A stretch of DNA of 64,000 nucleotides from Octopus sinensis (lineage: Eukaryota). Every line of letters begins with the position of its first letter. The first letter of the stretch is position 1. Where the stretch lies: assembly GCF_006345805.1 (NCBI RefSeq), contig NC_043012.1, positions 32,426,001 through 32,490,000 of the forward strand. Direction: 5' to 3'. A program made the translations under genes and the position numbers. Positions 14,796-27,335 of the stretch are shown piece by piece. The notes beneath the pieces are model-generated. The model had not been told where the DNA came from. It searched no databases and saw nothing but the letters and a program-made list of their open reading frames with translations.

Positions 14796-14952
14796 GCAGG
14801 GGTTAGACAGTTCGACTGGGGTCTGGGAAGCCAGGAGGCTGCACCAGGCCCAGTCTGATCAGGCAGTGTTTCTACAGCTGGATGCCCTTCCTATTGCCAA
14901 CCACTCTGTGAGTGTAGTGGGTGCTTTTTACGTGCCAGGTGAGGCTGGCAAC
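14796..14952 (-). mobile_element. Short RTE-tail repeat fragment
   Basis: Tail sequence without the (CAT)n end. Confidence 0.8.
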
Positions 14953-15284
14953 AGGCAATCCTATTTCAATAAAATTTTAATGGACTATTAGAAATGGCTA
15001 TAAGTGATAGAGCATTGGATCAGGATGCCCACAGAAGTTGGATTTTCTGTTTGATGGGGATTTTTCCAATCTTTTTTTTTTTTCATCACAATCTTGGAAA
15101 TTATGAAAAAGAAATTTTTGAAAATTTATGATTACTAATTGCATTTTTGCACAGCCCTTACAAATCATTCATCTAGTTTCCTCACCAAATTACTGAAAGT
15201 GATACACTGTTAAACATTTTCTCCAGATAAATGAAAGCCAGGAATAATGGTTTATTATTAGTTAGGTATTTTTCTTGCATTTCT

Positions 15285-15660
15285 CTCACAAGGAAGATTG
15301 CATCTCATCCAGGTCCACCATGTCATGAATTGATTGTGCTACCCTTCTCTCTGTGACCTTCATAACCTGATCAAGTAGTTTGATCCATCTGTATTTGTTT
15401 CTTTCTAAATCATTTCCTTTGCCTCCGCAGTCGTTTACAATGATACTGCCACACCAGTCACTGGGTATAACACCTTGTATAGTTAAGTTAACCACCCTGG
15501 ATAACTGCACATCCTACTAAGCCAGATATTTTGAGCATCTCTGCAACTATCCCTGATAGGCCTGCAGCTTTCCCTTCCCTTGACTGCTTTATCTTATCAT
15601 GCTGCTTTTAAGCACTGGATGATGAAGTGACAATAAAGGCAGCTGTGGTAAAGGAAGGCT
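15285..15660 (-). mobile_element. Degraded RTE reverse transcriptase fragment
   Basis: GVIPSDWC...IKLLDQVMKV...LDEMQ, homologous to 18788-19183. Confidence 0.8.
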
Positions 15661-15944
15661 TGGGAAGAAACAGTAGGATCAGTGCTCAGTTAGCTTGGCT
15701 TTATATGCAAGATGGCAACAGACCGCGGACATGTAGTAAATGTCCCCCATCCCACAGCTGAGAAGAGGAAGGAAGAACCTTAATTTCTTGATGATGATAA
15801 TGATCATTGATATGATCAAATAAAGGCAATTCTACATAGTCATTCACCTTGCTAGAAATAAGAGCCAAGTCCTTCTCAAATCATACTTTCCCATCTTAAA
15901 AGAAATAAAGGAGTCATTATATAATATAATCTTTGATACATTTT

Positions 15945-16180
15945 CATCATCATCATCATTTAACGTCAACTTTCTATGCTAGCATGGGTTGGATAATTTG
16001 ACTGAGGACTGGCGAACCAGATGGCTGCACCAGGCTCCAATCTTGATCTGGCAGAGTTTCTACAGCTGGATGCCCTTCCTAACGTCAACCACTCTGAGAG
16101 TGTAGAGGGTGCTTTTACATGCCACCGGCACAGGTGCCAGCCAGGCGGTACTGGCAACGGCCACACCCAAATGGTGTTTT
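15945..16180 (-). mobile_element. Short RTE-tail repeat
   Basis: (CAT)n tract plus tail sequence. Confidence 0.85.
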
Positions 16181-16846
16181 TGGGTGATTTCTAAAAATCT
16201 AATAGAGTGGTCAGTAGCTACCTCAGCTAAGACTGACCTGGGACTAAACAACATCAACATTACCAGTAACAATCACTAACTACTTCTACCACTACAAGCA
16301 ACCACTGCTACTACAACTGACCCCCATGCATCTACATTGCATCACTCATTCTCACCTAACTGCACATTTGCTTATGTTCCCATGTTCCCCTCGTCATTAC
16401 CACTAAACCCCACCATACACATATAGATCCATTAACTTCCTCAATCAACTCTCACATTGCACCTCAGTTCCATTCCATATTCTTCCAACTAAAGCTCCCA
16501 TTTTCTCTCACTCGCTCACAAATTCCCTACCATTAGGTCAGCAAACCTAACGCCATTCCTGCCAAAGACTTGTCTTTTTTTAAATCATGGAAATGATATG
16601 ATATGCACTCAGTGACATGAAGAGTGGAGTGGTAAGAATGAAGACACTTGAACTATTTCAAATATTTCCTTCTCTTGACTTGTATATACAGAAATCTCTC
16701 TCTCACACACACGTAACATCATCATCATCTAATGTTCTCTTTTCCATGCTGGTATGGACTGGATGGTTTGACACAAACTGATGAGCCAGAGATACTGTGC
16801 CAAGCTTCAATGTCTGCTTTATATACATACATATATAAGTGTGTGA

Positions 16847-16900
<54 letters not shown>

Positions 16901-16904
<4 letters not shown>

Positions 16905-17200
16905 TCATCATCATCATTTAACGCCCATTTTCTATGCTGGCATGGGTTGGATGGTTTGACTGGGGACTGGCAAGCAAGTAGGCTGCGCCAGGCTCCAATG
17001 TGATCTGGCAAGGTTTCTACACCTGGATGCCCTTCCTAACACCAACCACTCTGAGAGTGTAGAGGGTGCTTTTTACGCGCCACTGGCATGGGAGCCAGTC
17101 AGGTGTCACTGGCATTGACCACATTCAGACGGTGCTTTTTATGTGCCACTGGCGCAGGAGCAGGCATCAACCATGTTCAGGTGGTGCTTTTTACGTACCA
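16901..17200 (-). mobile_element. Short RTE-tail repeat directly beside the long RTE
   Basis: (CAT)n tract plus tail sequence and internal units. Confidence 0.85.
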
Positions 17201-17227
17201 CCGATACATAGATATAAAATCTTCATA

Positions 17228-19297
17228 TCATCATCATCATCATCATCGTTTAACGTCCGCTTTCCGCGCTAGCACGGGTTGGACGGTTCGACCGGGTCTG
17301 GGAAGCCAGGGGCCGCTCCAGGCTCCAGTCTGAATCTGGCAGAGTTTCTACGGCTGGATGCCCTTCCTAACGCCAACCACTCCGTGAGTGGATTGGGTGC
17401 TTTTTACGTGCCACCTGCACAGGGGCCGGAGGGTCCGGCATCGTCACGATCGGTTCGAGCATTTTAACGTGTCAGCGGCACGGGGGCAACGAGGTCCGGG
17501 GTACTTTGGGGATTGGGGTACTTTGGGGATCCAGGGTACTTTGGGGATCCGGGGTACTTAGAATGGGTAGGGGGTATGTGGAATTGCTGCAGAAAGCAGC
17601 CCGGGTCTTTGTAGTCACAGCATATCTCCAGAGATCTCGGTCCTTCGCCATTGCCTCAGTGAGGCCCAATGCTCTGAGGTCATGCTTGACCACCTCATCC
17701 CATGTCTTCCTGGGTCTACCTCTCCCCTGATACCTTCAACTGTTTGGGAGTGGCACTTCTTCACACATCTCTCTTCATCCATCCGCAGCACATGACCATA
17801 CCATCGCAAGCGTCGCTCTTGCACACCACTCTGATGCTTCTTATATCCAGCATTTCTCTCAGGATACTTACACTCTGTTTTGCGTGCACACTGACACTAC
17901 ACATCCAGCGGATCATGCTAGCTTCATTTCTTTCAAGTCTACGCATGTCTTCTGCAGTCACAGCCCATGTTTCATTACCGTGAAGCATGGCAGTTCGCAC
18001 ACATGCATCATACAATCTACCTTTTGCTCTGAGGGAGAGACCTTTTGTTGCCAGTAGGGGTAGGAGCTTTCTGAACTTTGCCCAGGCTATTCGTATTCTA
18101 GTGGTGATACTCTCTGTGCATCCACCTCCGCTACTAACTTGGTCACCCAGGTAGCGGAAACTATCAACTACTTCTAGTTTCTCTCCCTGGAGTGTGATGG
18201 AATCTGTTTTCTGAGTGTCTGTTGTGTCTATTGTCCCTGTGCATCTGCCGCACATGAAAGCTATCTTATCTGTTAATTTCCCTTGTGTCCATAACTTACA
18301 TTGGGTGCATCTTATGGAGTTTCTACCTGTACCTTTCCTACAGGTTGAGCAGGGCCACCTACCCGAGGGGATGTGTGTTGAGTACCTCTTGCTGCTTACT
18401 AATACTTTGGTCTTTGCTACATTTATTCTAAGGCCCTTTGATTCCAACCCTTGCTTCCACACCCGAAATTTCTCTTCTAGTTCCGGTAGTGATTCTGCTA
18501 TGAGAGCTAGGTCATCGGCATAGAGGAGCTCCCAGGGGCATCCCGTTTTGAATTCCTCTGTTATTGCCTGAAGGACTATGATGAATAAAAGGGGACTGAG
18601 GGCTGAGCCCTGGTGCACACCTACTTCTACCCGGAATTCTTCACTATATTCGTTGCCAATCCTAACCTTGCTGACAGCCTCTCTGTATAGAGCCTGTACA
18701 GCCCTTATTAGCCATTCTTCAATCTCAGTTTCCGCATCGACCACCAGATAAGGGAACGGGGAACCCTGTCAAAGGCTTTCTCCAAGTCTACAAAGCTATG
18801 TAGAGGGGTTTATCTTTAGCTAGGTACTTCTCCTGCAGTTGTCGGACCAGGAATATAGCATCAGTGGTGCTTCTACCTGGTACAAAACCGAACTGCATTT
18901 CATCTAAACAAATTCTCTCCCTAATGAGATTGGTTATGACCTTCTCTGAGACCTTCATCACCTGGTCCAACAGTTTGATACCTCTGTTATTATTTCTATC
19001 TAGAGCATCACCCTTACCCTTGTAGCAGTTGACTATGGTGCTGCTGCACCAGTCATTGGGTATGACTCCATTGTGAACTACCTGGTTTACAATGCGGGTG
19101 ACTATGGCATAGCCCACATAGCCAGCTGTTTTAAGCATCTCAGCAGTGATTCCTGATAGGCCAGGGGCTTTGCCTGGTTTCATATCCTTAATTGCCTTAT
19201 CTACAAGGGAGCTGTCTATTCGGGTAGCTGGTCCCTCTACTGGGTCAACATTTGGCAGGCTCTCCTCCTCCCATTCATTCTCCTCATTCAGCAGTCT
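17228..19297 (-). mobile_element. 5'-truncated RTE-clade LINE (RT and C-terminus, 3' UTR, (GAT)n tail)
   Basis: ORF pieces KAPGLSG...QFGFVPGRSTTDAIF, LEKAFDRVP, GVHQGSALSPLLF, LLYADDL, FRYLG, RRLRWYGHV and RGRPRKTW are separated by small indels. The element ends in the (CAT)n tract on the + strand. Confidence 0.93.
17497..17560. repeat. ~18-bp minisatellite (GGGGTACTTTGGGGATCC)n inside the RTE 3' region
   Basis: About four tandem units are visible. Confidence 0.8.
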
Positions 19298-20159
19298 TTA
19301 TATAGATATAACGAAAATGTTAACGGATTAATGGATATATATATATATATATATATACAGAGCTGGGTGTAAGTCCATTAGTCCGTTAATTAACAAAGTT
19401 AACATTTTCGTTAATGATTTAACTTTTAAGGTAACTTTGAAAATCATTATCAGACTAATTAACTTCCATTACATTTAGCTTCTGTTAACTCAAGTCCATT
19501 AACCCGAAAATTTCATAAAAACCGGTAAATGTTTAAAAGTTTCAATTGTTTTCAGATTGTCTTAGCATATTTAATATTGTATGAGTCATTCTTCAACTTT
19601 GATATAACGCCACTTATTATAAATAACTTGTAGGATCTGCCTGGATTTGAAACCAAATCCACCCACTTGTTGCTTGAAAAGACAGCCAGAAATTTTTTGC
19701 CTTATCAAGAGAGAACAGTGATTGATATGTTTCCACTTGATCCGTGACCTCTCTGTGTCACAGAGAAGATTATGTATATATTGCGTTAAAAATTTTTTAA
19801 ATAAATTTTTGGCAGCCACTTTATCAATCGATTTTTTTAATACTAATATCTTGTTGCATTTGAGTTTTTTTACTTTTTTCTGGCTCTAAAAGCCTTTAAA
19901 AACCTAAAAAGGCCAAAATTATGAAACCAGCCTTTTTAGGCCCTTTAAAATCTAAAACTATAAAATCAGCATTTTTTTACTTTAAAACAAAAGACAAAAA
20001 AATATATAGTTTGGGGATTTTAAAGTCTTCCAAAAGGCCAAATAAGCTGATTTTATAGTTGTGGCACTTTTTAACCCTTTAGTGTTTAAACCAGCCAAAA
20101 CCAGCCGTATCTAATTCCTTTACAAAACACTTTGAGAAGGTAAACAAATTATGTTAGTG

Positions 20160-20580
20160 AATTCTCGTAGCTTTGAGATCATGTGAGAGCTTTTCTTCCA
20201 GAAAGCACAGAACTGGCAGAAAAGCAAAATTAACTGAGGTGGATGTCAACAGAGAAAATATTGATTTCCATAAAGTGGAATAAATAAATGGAAGGAAAAA
20301 GTTGATAAATCTTTCGGTGTGAACACAAATAGCTGTTATGTGGAAGCAGGACATGCTAGAAATAGCAGCCAAATCTTTCCTTTTCTGAATGTCACATTTG
20401 TTGAAAGCATGCAAAATAACCTGGAAACGAAAAAAAGACCTGTGAAACAAAACTCCGTTGCTGGAAAACTCTGAGGTCCCCACCACCCCTCTCACGTTTG
20501 TTTTCCAGAAAAAAGTGGCTTGCAGCGGGTTTGAATGCATCCGAAAAAAACTGTGGATAAAAAATTCCACATTGAGGTAC
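20160..20580 (+). mobile_element. Possible IS630/Tc1-like N-terminal relic
   Basis: KHRTGRKAKLTE and SHLLKACKITWKRK in one frame with stops. Confidence 0.25.
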
Positions 20581-21404
20581 AAAATATTTGCTGAAAGAAT
20601 AAAATTTTGTACCGATTAAACCTGTATTTTAATTAATTCAAATTATTGTACCTCATCTTGAAAAGTGGCAAAAGATGCATTAAGAATTTCAATTTTAGTG
20701 CTTATCCATATTGTTATTGCTTTTACACCCGTTAATTAAATTTACCTGCCTATAAAAGTCAAATTTACTCTGCAAGATCAGCTAAAATTACATAACTATA
20801 AACTATCAGTATATAAAGCACCCACTGACAAAATTACAAACCTGTATGTAAAAAAATTTACTAAGTTACAAGCAAATTTTGTGGACACTCCTTTTGAACC
20901 TGAATAATTCAAAATAATGTGAACAAATAAGCATTACATTTCACAGATTAATATGAACACTAAAGATGTTTTTAGGTGGGTTTTTTCTCACACACACACA
21001 CTTAACATGGCTTCGCTCGGTTGGGACTACATGTGTGTTACTTTGACATCATCATTCCATAAAATTTGCTTATGGGGAGAAAAATATTGAAAAATATCAA
21101 TAGATGTGTAAGTGAGAAAGAAACGAGGAGGGAGGTTTGGGGATGTGCTAGAAACAACAGCCAGATCTCTCTTAAATCACATTTTCCTCTGAAATTATTA
21201 ACAAATTTTTTAAAAACCAAAAATGCTTCACTCAAGTTTAAATTTTTGTTGATATTTTGAAAATAACACATTGTATAAACGTGAAACTTGGTCCACTGAA
21301 AGATCCTAGGTAGGTACATATGCAGTGAACATTTCAATCACATTGATAAGCTACATACAAAGTTATGTTGAGTTATCGCAGATGTACGAAAATGCCCCTG
21401 AAAC

Positions 21405-22398
21405 AATGTCTGACAGCTAAAGGGAAGACACAGATTGTTGCAAATCTCACAGAAGGCTTTATGTGGGAGAATTAGCCCAAGAGCTTGGTCAGGATACAAG
21501 AACATTGAAAGCGTATGTGGAAAACCCCATCACCAAACCAAGGCAAGATAAAGGTATGAGAAGACGTGCATACCAACGTGACATCCGAAAAATAGGTAGA
21601 TAAGTAAGAAAAGACCTCGGTAGTACAAATGCTGCCATATTTGAAAGTGCTGGGGTTGCTCCTTTGTCCAGATACACCCAATGTAGGAGGATCCTTAAAG
21701 AGACAGCCAAAAGTGCTAAGTGCATCGCGAGACCCATCCTAAGCAAGAACCACAAAGAGAAGCGTATTGATTGGGCAGAGAAGTACATGAAGATCAATTT
21801 CCAAGATGTCCTCTTCACGGATGAGGCCAGAGCTTTGCTGGATGGCTCCGACGGATGCGCCAAAGTATGAGTACCTCTTGGAGCCTCTTGCCTGCATCGT
21901 ATTTGGCATCAACAAGGAGGTGGTGATGTCATGTTTTGAGTGGGAAGCATAGGAAATGAACTTGTCAGGCCTTTCCAAGTGCCAGGTGTCAAACTCACCA
22001 GCAACTCCTACACCGTGTTTCTGGGGAAGCATTTTGCAGCATGGGTAGATGATCTGCCACTCTTACGTCGATGGCAATTGATTTTTATGCATGACAACGC
22101 TTCTTCGCATTCAGCCAAGGGTACCATTTCATACCTCGCAACTCTGGGAATCGCAGGCCAATCACTCATGATTTGGCCTCTCTGTTCTCCTGGCCTAAAC
22201 TCTATGGAACAGCTCTGGTCGATCTTCAAGAGGAAAGTGTATGAAGGAGATATCCAGTTTTCATCAAGGAAGCTCTGTGGGGAAAGATCAAAACAGTTGC
22301 TGATACCATAACATCTCAGATTAGTTGGCTAACAGCTTCTGTGGACAAAAGACTGTTTGATATCATTTCTAAACAAGGAAGTTACATAGACAAATAAA
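21405..22398 (+). pseudogene. Tc1-like DD37E (TRT-type) transposase pseudogene
   Basis: VLFTDE, FMHDNASSH and WPLCSPGLNSMEQLW. Counted 37 residues between the second D and the E. Frameshifts and stops are present; TIRs were not identified. Confidence 0.82.
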
Positions 22399-23319
22399 GT
22401 ACAGCACCAACAAATGAATTGTGTTTGTTTCATATCTTTTGCTGCTATTCTTCAGTAGCATGTTTCATTATTACAATAAAATGGTAATATAACGATAATA
22501 CTTTGTTTCATTACCTTAAATTGACATTTTTGTACACCTGCAATAGAGACTAATAGACTCTGGTTTCCCATATCAGGGCCAGCACTCCATTTGTAGATTC
22601 TGCTTAAAAGAAGCCCTCAAAATTTTAACCCATAACTCACCACAATTGCTTAATAAACACAACGAAGCCTTCACAACGTGTAAACAAATTCTTCCGCACC
22701 TTTAAATTCTTTCATAAATCTAAATAAGTTCACCCCCTATGAATAACACCCACATACAAACCTTCATCATCATTAACATATGTGTTAATGATCATGGAGG
22801 TTTTGTTTCTTTGTGTCCTATTTGGTAGTCTTATCATTTTATAACTATTTAATAATATATCTTTATCAATGCAAGAATAGTATCTGCTCATTATATACTT
22901 ATCTGATTTAAACATTTTTTTAATCTTTGACTCTTATATATGTATTTTATTTACGATTAATAATAAGTGGGTTCATTACCTATAAAAAGGAACTGTACTC
23001 CATTCCTAGTCATTCTAAAACCATATCTCCTGAATGCCACCAGCTAAAGGCAAATGATGAAATATATTATAATCGAACAAAGTGAAACCAAGATTAATAA
23101 GCAAGGTGCTTTTTGAAAAGTCACCTGACAAGACACTTCTGCACCCAACGATGCACCACAGCCAGTTGTTCAGAATCTCACCCATCAGGGACTGATGCAT
23201 GATGGGTCAAAATGATCATAGTGATTAATAAGGAATCTCGTGAATTCAATTTTCTCTTTCTCTCATTTGCTTGTCAATCAATCTATATATCAATATATAT
23301 GCACTCATTACATCCTCAG

Positions 23320-23757
23320 TATGGTTGGTGTTAGGAAGGGCAGCCAGCCATAGAAATCATGTCAAATCAGACTGGAGTCTGGTGCAACCACTCAGCTTAT
23401 CAGCCCTGGTCAAACCATCCAACCCATGCTAGCATGGACAATGGACGTTAAAAGATGATGATAATATAAATATATATACATTTACTAGAGTTCCGATCCC
23501 GGTGCCGGTGGCATGTAAAAAGCACCATCCAAATGTGGCTGACGTCAGCGCCACCATGACAGCCTTCCGTGTCGGTGGCACATAAAAAGAACCCACTACA
23601 GCCACGGAGTGGTTGGCATTAGGAAGGGCATCCAGCTGTAGAAACACTGCCAGATCAGACTGGGCTTGGTGCAGCCTCCTGGCTTCCCAGACCCAGGTCG
23701 AACCATCCAACCCATGCTAGCATGGAAAGCAGATGTTAAACGATGATGATGATGATG
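23320..23757 (+). mobile_element. Two tandem short RTE-tail repeats
   Basis: Two GTTAAA...GATGATG ends, at about 23460 and 23755. Confidence 0.85.
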
Positions 23758-24357
23758 AGAGTGTTACCCACCATGAGTAATATCAAGAAATATAGCATAA
23801 TTATGATTTTTACCTTTTATCAAATTTATGGTTGCTTACGCAAAATGATGAAACAAATACTTATTTTCAAACAAAAAGATATCTTTTACTTCAAAGTAAA
23901 ATTAAATACAAAAAGTTGCTCATTTATGTGACTCCTTCCAATAACGACTCATTTACTCCCCCTCCTCCTCCGTCTATGATTCTTTCTCATTGTGTTCCTT
24001 TGTTAATTGCCTGCCACTAAGCTTTGTATGTGCACTCTTCCTACACCTCTTGTGCTAACTTTCTTTCTATCTCTTTTACTTTCTCTCAATATGATATAAA
24101 GCAAGATGAGAGAAATAAAACTAACCAACCAATATTTACATCAGCTTTTCTCCCTCTCATAACTCATTTGTATTTCAATTCAATTCAATTTTTATTGGCT
24201 CAAAAAGCAAAAGCAAGGCCTTGTAGGAGGACAGGGAGGGTGGTCATACAAAGAGTTCAGGCCATTTCTGGTCAAGAGAGACTTTGAACCGAGCGGTCGT
24301 CGGCATCTTCACTATCTCGTCCGGCAGCTTATTGTACGCAATAATATATTGGTTTTC

Positions 24358-24744
24358 TCCTGGAATGAGTGGTAAAAAGCTTGCTTCCCTACCACATGGT
24401 TCCAGGTTCAGTTCCACTGTGTAATACCTGGAGCAAGTGTCTTCTACTATAGTCTCAGGCCAACCAAAGCCTCGTGAGTGGATTTGGTAAATGGAAACTG
24501 AAAGAAGCCTGTTGTGTATCTATGTGTGTGCATGTGGCTTTATATCAAAGTTTGTCTCCCACCACCACTCGACAACCAGTGTTGGTTTGTTTACATCCCC
24601 ATAACTTAGCAGTTCGTCAAAAGAAACTGAGAGAATAAGTACCAGGCTTAACAAAAATAAGTACTGAGATCAATTAGTTTGACTAAAAGTTTCTCAAAGT
24701 GGTACCCCAGCATGGCCACTGTCTAAATACTGAAACAAGTAATA

Positions 24745-24745
<1 letters not shown>
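24358..24745 (+). mobile_element. tRNA-derived SINE (Octopus OR-like family, from recall)
   Basis: Head GGTAAAAAGCTTGCTTCC...GGTTCAGTTCC, core GCAAGTGTCTTCTACTATAG, tail GCATGGCC...GAAACAAGTAA. Confidence 0.8.
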
Positions 24746-24782
<37 letters not shown>

Positions 24783-25364
24783 TAGTGTTGTATTGTCTTA
24801 AGTGCAAACCCTCAAGCATTATTTTGTAACTCTAAGTCTTTTTTTTAATAATAATCTCTCAGAGATTGACTTACTCCCATCACTATCTTACTTCCTCTGT
24901 ATTTTCATAGTGAAGTATCTATAGGTATGGGAGATATATGGCTACCCTATTTGGAAAAAAAGGGTGTAGAGGAGAGAGAAATGGTGGTGAAAATATGTCA
25001 GGGCCTAGCTTCAAGTTACAAGGAGATGAATATAAGTGAAGTGGTAGAGAGGATTGGACAGGGTGAGTGGGTAGGTAAGTAAGCTCACAAGAGCTGAAAG
25101 GAGAATGGCAGATGGATAAAGATGGAGATAGAGGGGAATACATGAATACCAAATGGCAATTAAGACCGACTCCCTTTAAGGAAGGGAGATAATCTCAAGA
25201 TTCAAGAATTTCTCAAAGTTGACATGCAAGTAAAGAAAAGGACGGGCTTCTTGTCCACAGAAAAAAAGGACAGTTGTGGACACGTGTTTCTGGTTCTATA
25301 GTTATCATCTGCATAACAATTGTCTGATATTACCTTCAGTAGCCAAGAGACTTAGGCTTATATA

Positions 25365-25645
25365 AGGCTTTCACGCTAAGAGTTGCTGAAGCATGGAACA
25401 GACTGCCGGCATCAGTTGTTAGTTGTCAGAGCACTGCATCCTTCAAAACTTCCATGCTTCCTGAGATTCGCCAACACTACACCTGATTCCCCCCTCCATA
25501 CACACGCAAGCATGTATCTGACTCGTACACTGTTCGCTTTCCAGACATTTGTACATTACTGCATATACTTTATATGCACTTTTTGACAAGTTGTGGTGCA
25601 CCTGAGCACTGTATACAATAATTTCAGTATTATTATTATTATTAT
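25365..25645 (+). mobile_element. CR1-like LINE 3' end
   Basis: Matches 52930-53198. Confidence 0.85.
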
Positions 25646-26132
25646 AAAAAATTGTAGAACACACTTATGCGCTAGATTATTTTCATAAATTAAACAAAAA
25701 TCAGTTAAGGGAAATAATTCAGAGTTGCCAGTAACGTAGTTGGACGTAGAGAAATGATGGACTCTGGCCATTGAAAATGATGGATGAGCGTTCAGTTTTT
25801 GCCAAACAAACTGTACAAATGATTTGTTTTGCACATCAGCTCACTCTCTCTCCATCAAATCAACATTGTCTGAACAGGTGCACAGTGTACCACATGTCAG
25901 GTGTTAAAGGGATCACAGAGCAACACAACATGGTGTTTTGCTCAAGAACACAATGCACCACCTGGTCTAGGAATTGAAACCACGATCTCGCAATTGTGAG
26001 TACAACACTCTCACAACTAGGCCTTGCGTCCTCACACACACAGTGAAACACTGGCAATGAAATACCATACAACATAAATTCTTGAGTTATAAACTTATCT
26101 CTATCTCTAGAGGATACATTATAATTACAAAA

Positions 26133-26496
26133 TCTCTATACATATAAACGGCAAAATGTCTGTGTGTGTGTCCTTTACACAAATCCACAATTTTTCAGTT
26201 AGAGGGCTCACACTTTCTATGGTCATTCAAAAGCATCCAAGGGTGGTCGTGCACATCTTTACATTTCCCCAGTCACCCTGCAAAGCTATTAAAAAATCAA
26301 TACAAGTGACTTTTTTGTGAAATTTCTATCCAAAACCCAATCAAAATGCCTGAAACTTGATACGCCAATTGAATGCCAGCTAGCTGTATGTGATTGGTCG
26401 GAGATTTGGACAGTACTCGCGTGTATGTGCGCACGCACGCAGTTGTATATGCATGCACTAGCACTATGACCCGGCATTGCTGGGTCATAGTGCTAG
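26133..26496 (+). mobile_element. Non-autonomous Helitron-like element with a long terminal hairpin
   Basis: A|TC start. Ends CTAGCACTATGACCCGG-cattg-CTGGGTCATAGTGCTAG|T. Confidence 0.75.
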
Positions 26497-26926
26497 TGGC
26501 AGTTAAAACCAACTCCATTCAAGAAAGGAAGATAATCTCAAGATTCAAGAATTTTTTTCAAAAATTGACATGCCATTAAGAAAAGAGAGGGGTTTTATTT
26601 TCATTATTTGATTTGCTAAATGATGAAACCAGGCCAAATCAGCTTGGAACCTGGTGCAGCTCTCCAGCTTGCCAGTTTCAGTCAAATTGTTTAACCCATG
26701 CCAGCATGGAAAGCAGACGTTAAATGATGATGATTATTGTGATGACATTTACAAAAGAATTCTTGATGAATTTAATCAGCATCTACCTGACTTATTTAAA
26801 ACCATGCTACTGACCAACTTGAATCACTTCCTATACATACACATGTAGATACAATATATATATATCTGGCACTCCATCGGTTATGATGACGAGGGTTCCA
26901 GTTGATCCAATCAACAGAATATATAA

Positions 26927-27335
26927 TAATAATAATGAAATTATTGTATACAGTGCTCAGGTGCACCACAACTTGTCAAAAAGTGCATATAAAGCATATG
27001 CAGTAATGTACAAATGTCTGGGAAGTGAACAGTGTATGAGTCAGATACATACTTGCGTGTGTATGGAGGGGGTGAATCAAGTGTAGTGTTGGCGAATCTC
27101 AGGAAGGATGGAAGTTTTGAAGGACACAGTGCTCCGACAACTAACAACTGATGCCAGCAGTCTGTTCCATGCTTCAGCAACTCTTAGCGTGAAAAAATGT
27201 TTCTGAAAGTCATGGGAGCTGTGCTGTTTTCTGACTTTGTAAACATGTCCACGGGTGTTAGACAGGTGGAATTTGAAAAGGTGCTCAGAGTTATTACAGT
27301 CTGCTCATGAAATTAATGAGCAAGTGGTTGAGCAC
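26927..27335 (-). mobile_element. CR1-like LINE 3' end
   Basis: Reverse complement of the same 3' end. Confidence 0.85.

Noticed and set aside
17497-17560. CRISPR-like or other spacer array
   Set aside because: Contiguous minisatellite with no spacers, in a eukaryotic context. No CRISPR array was seen anywhere in the window.
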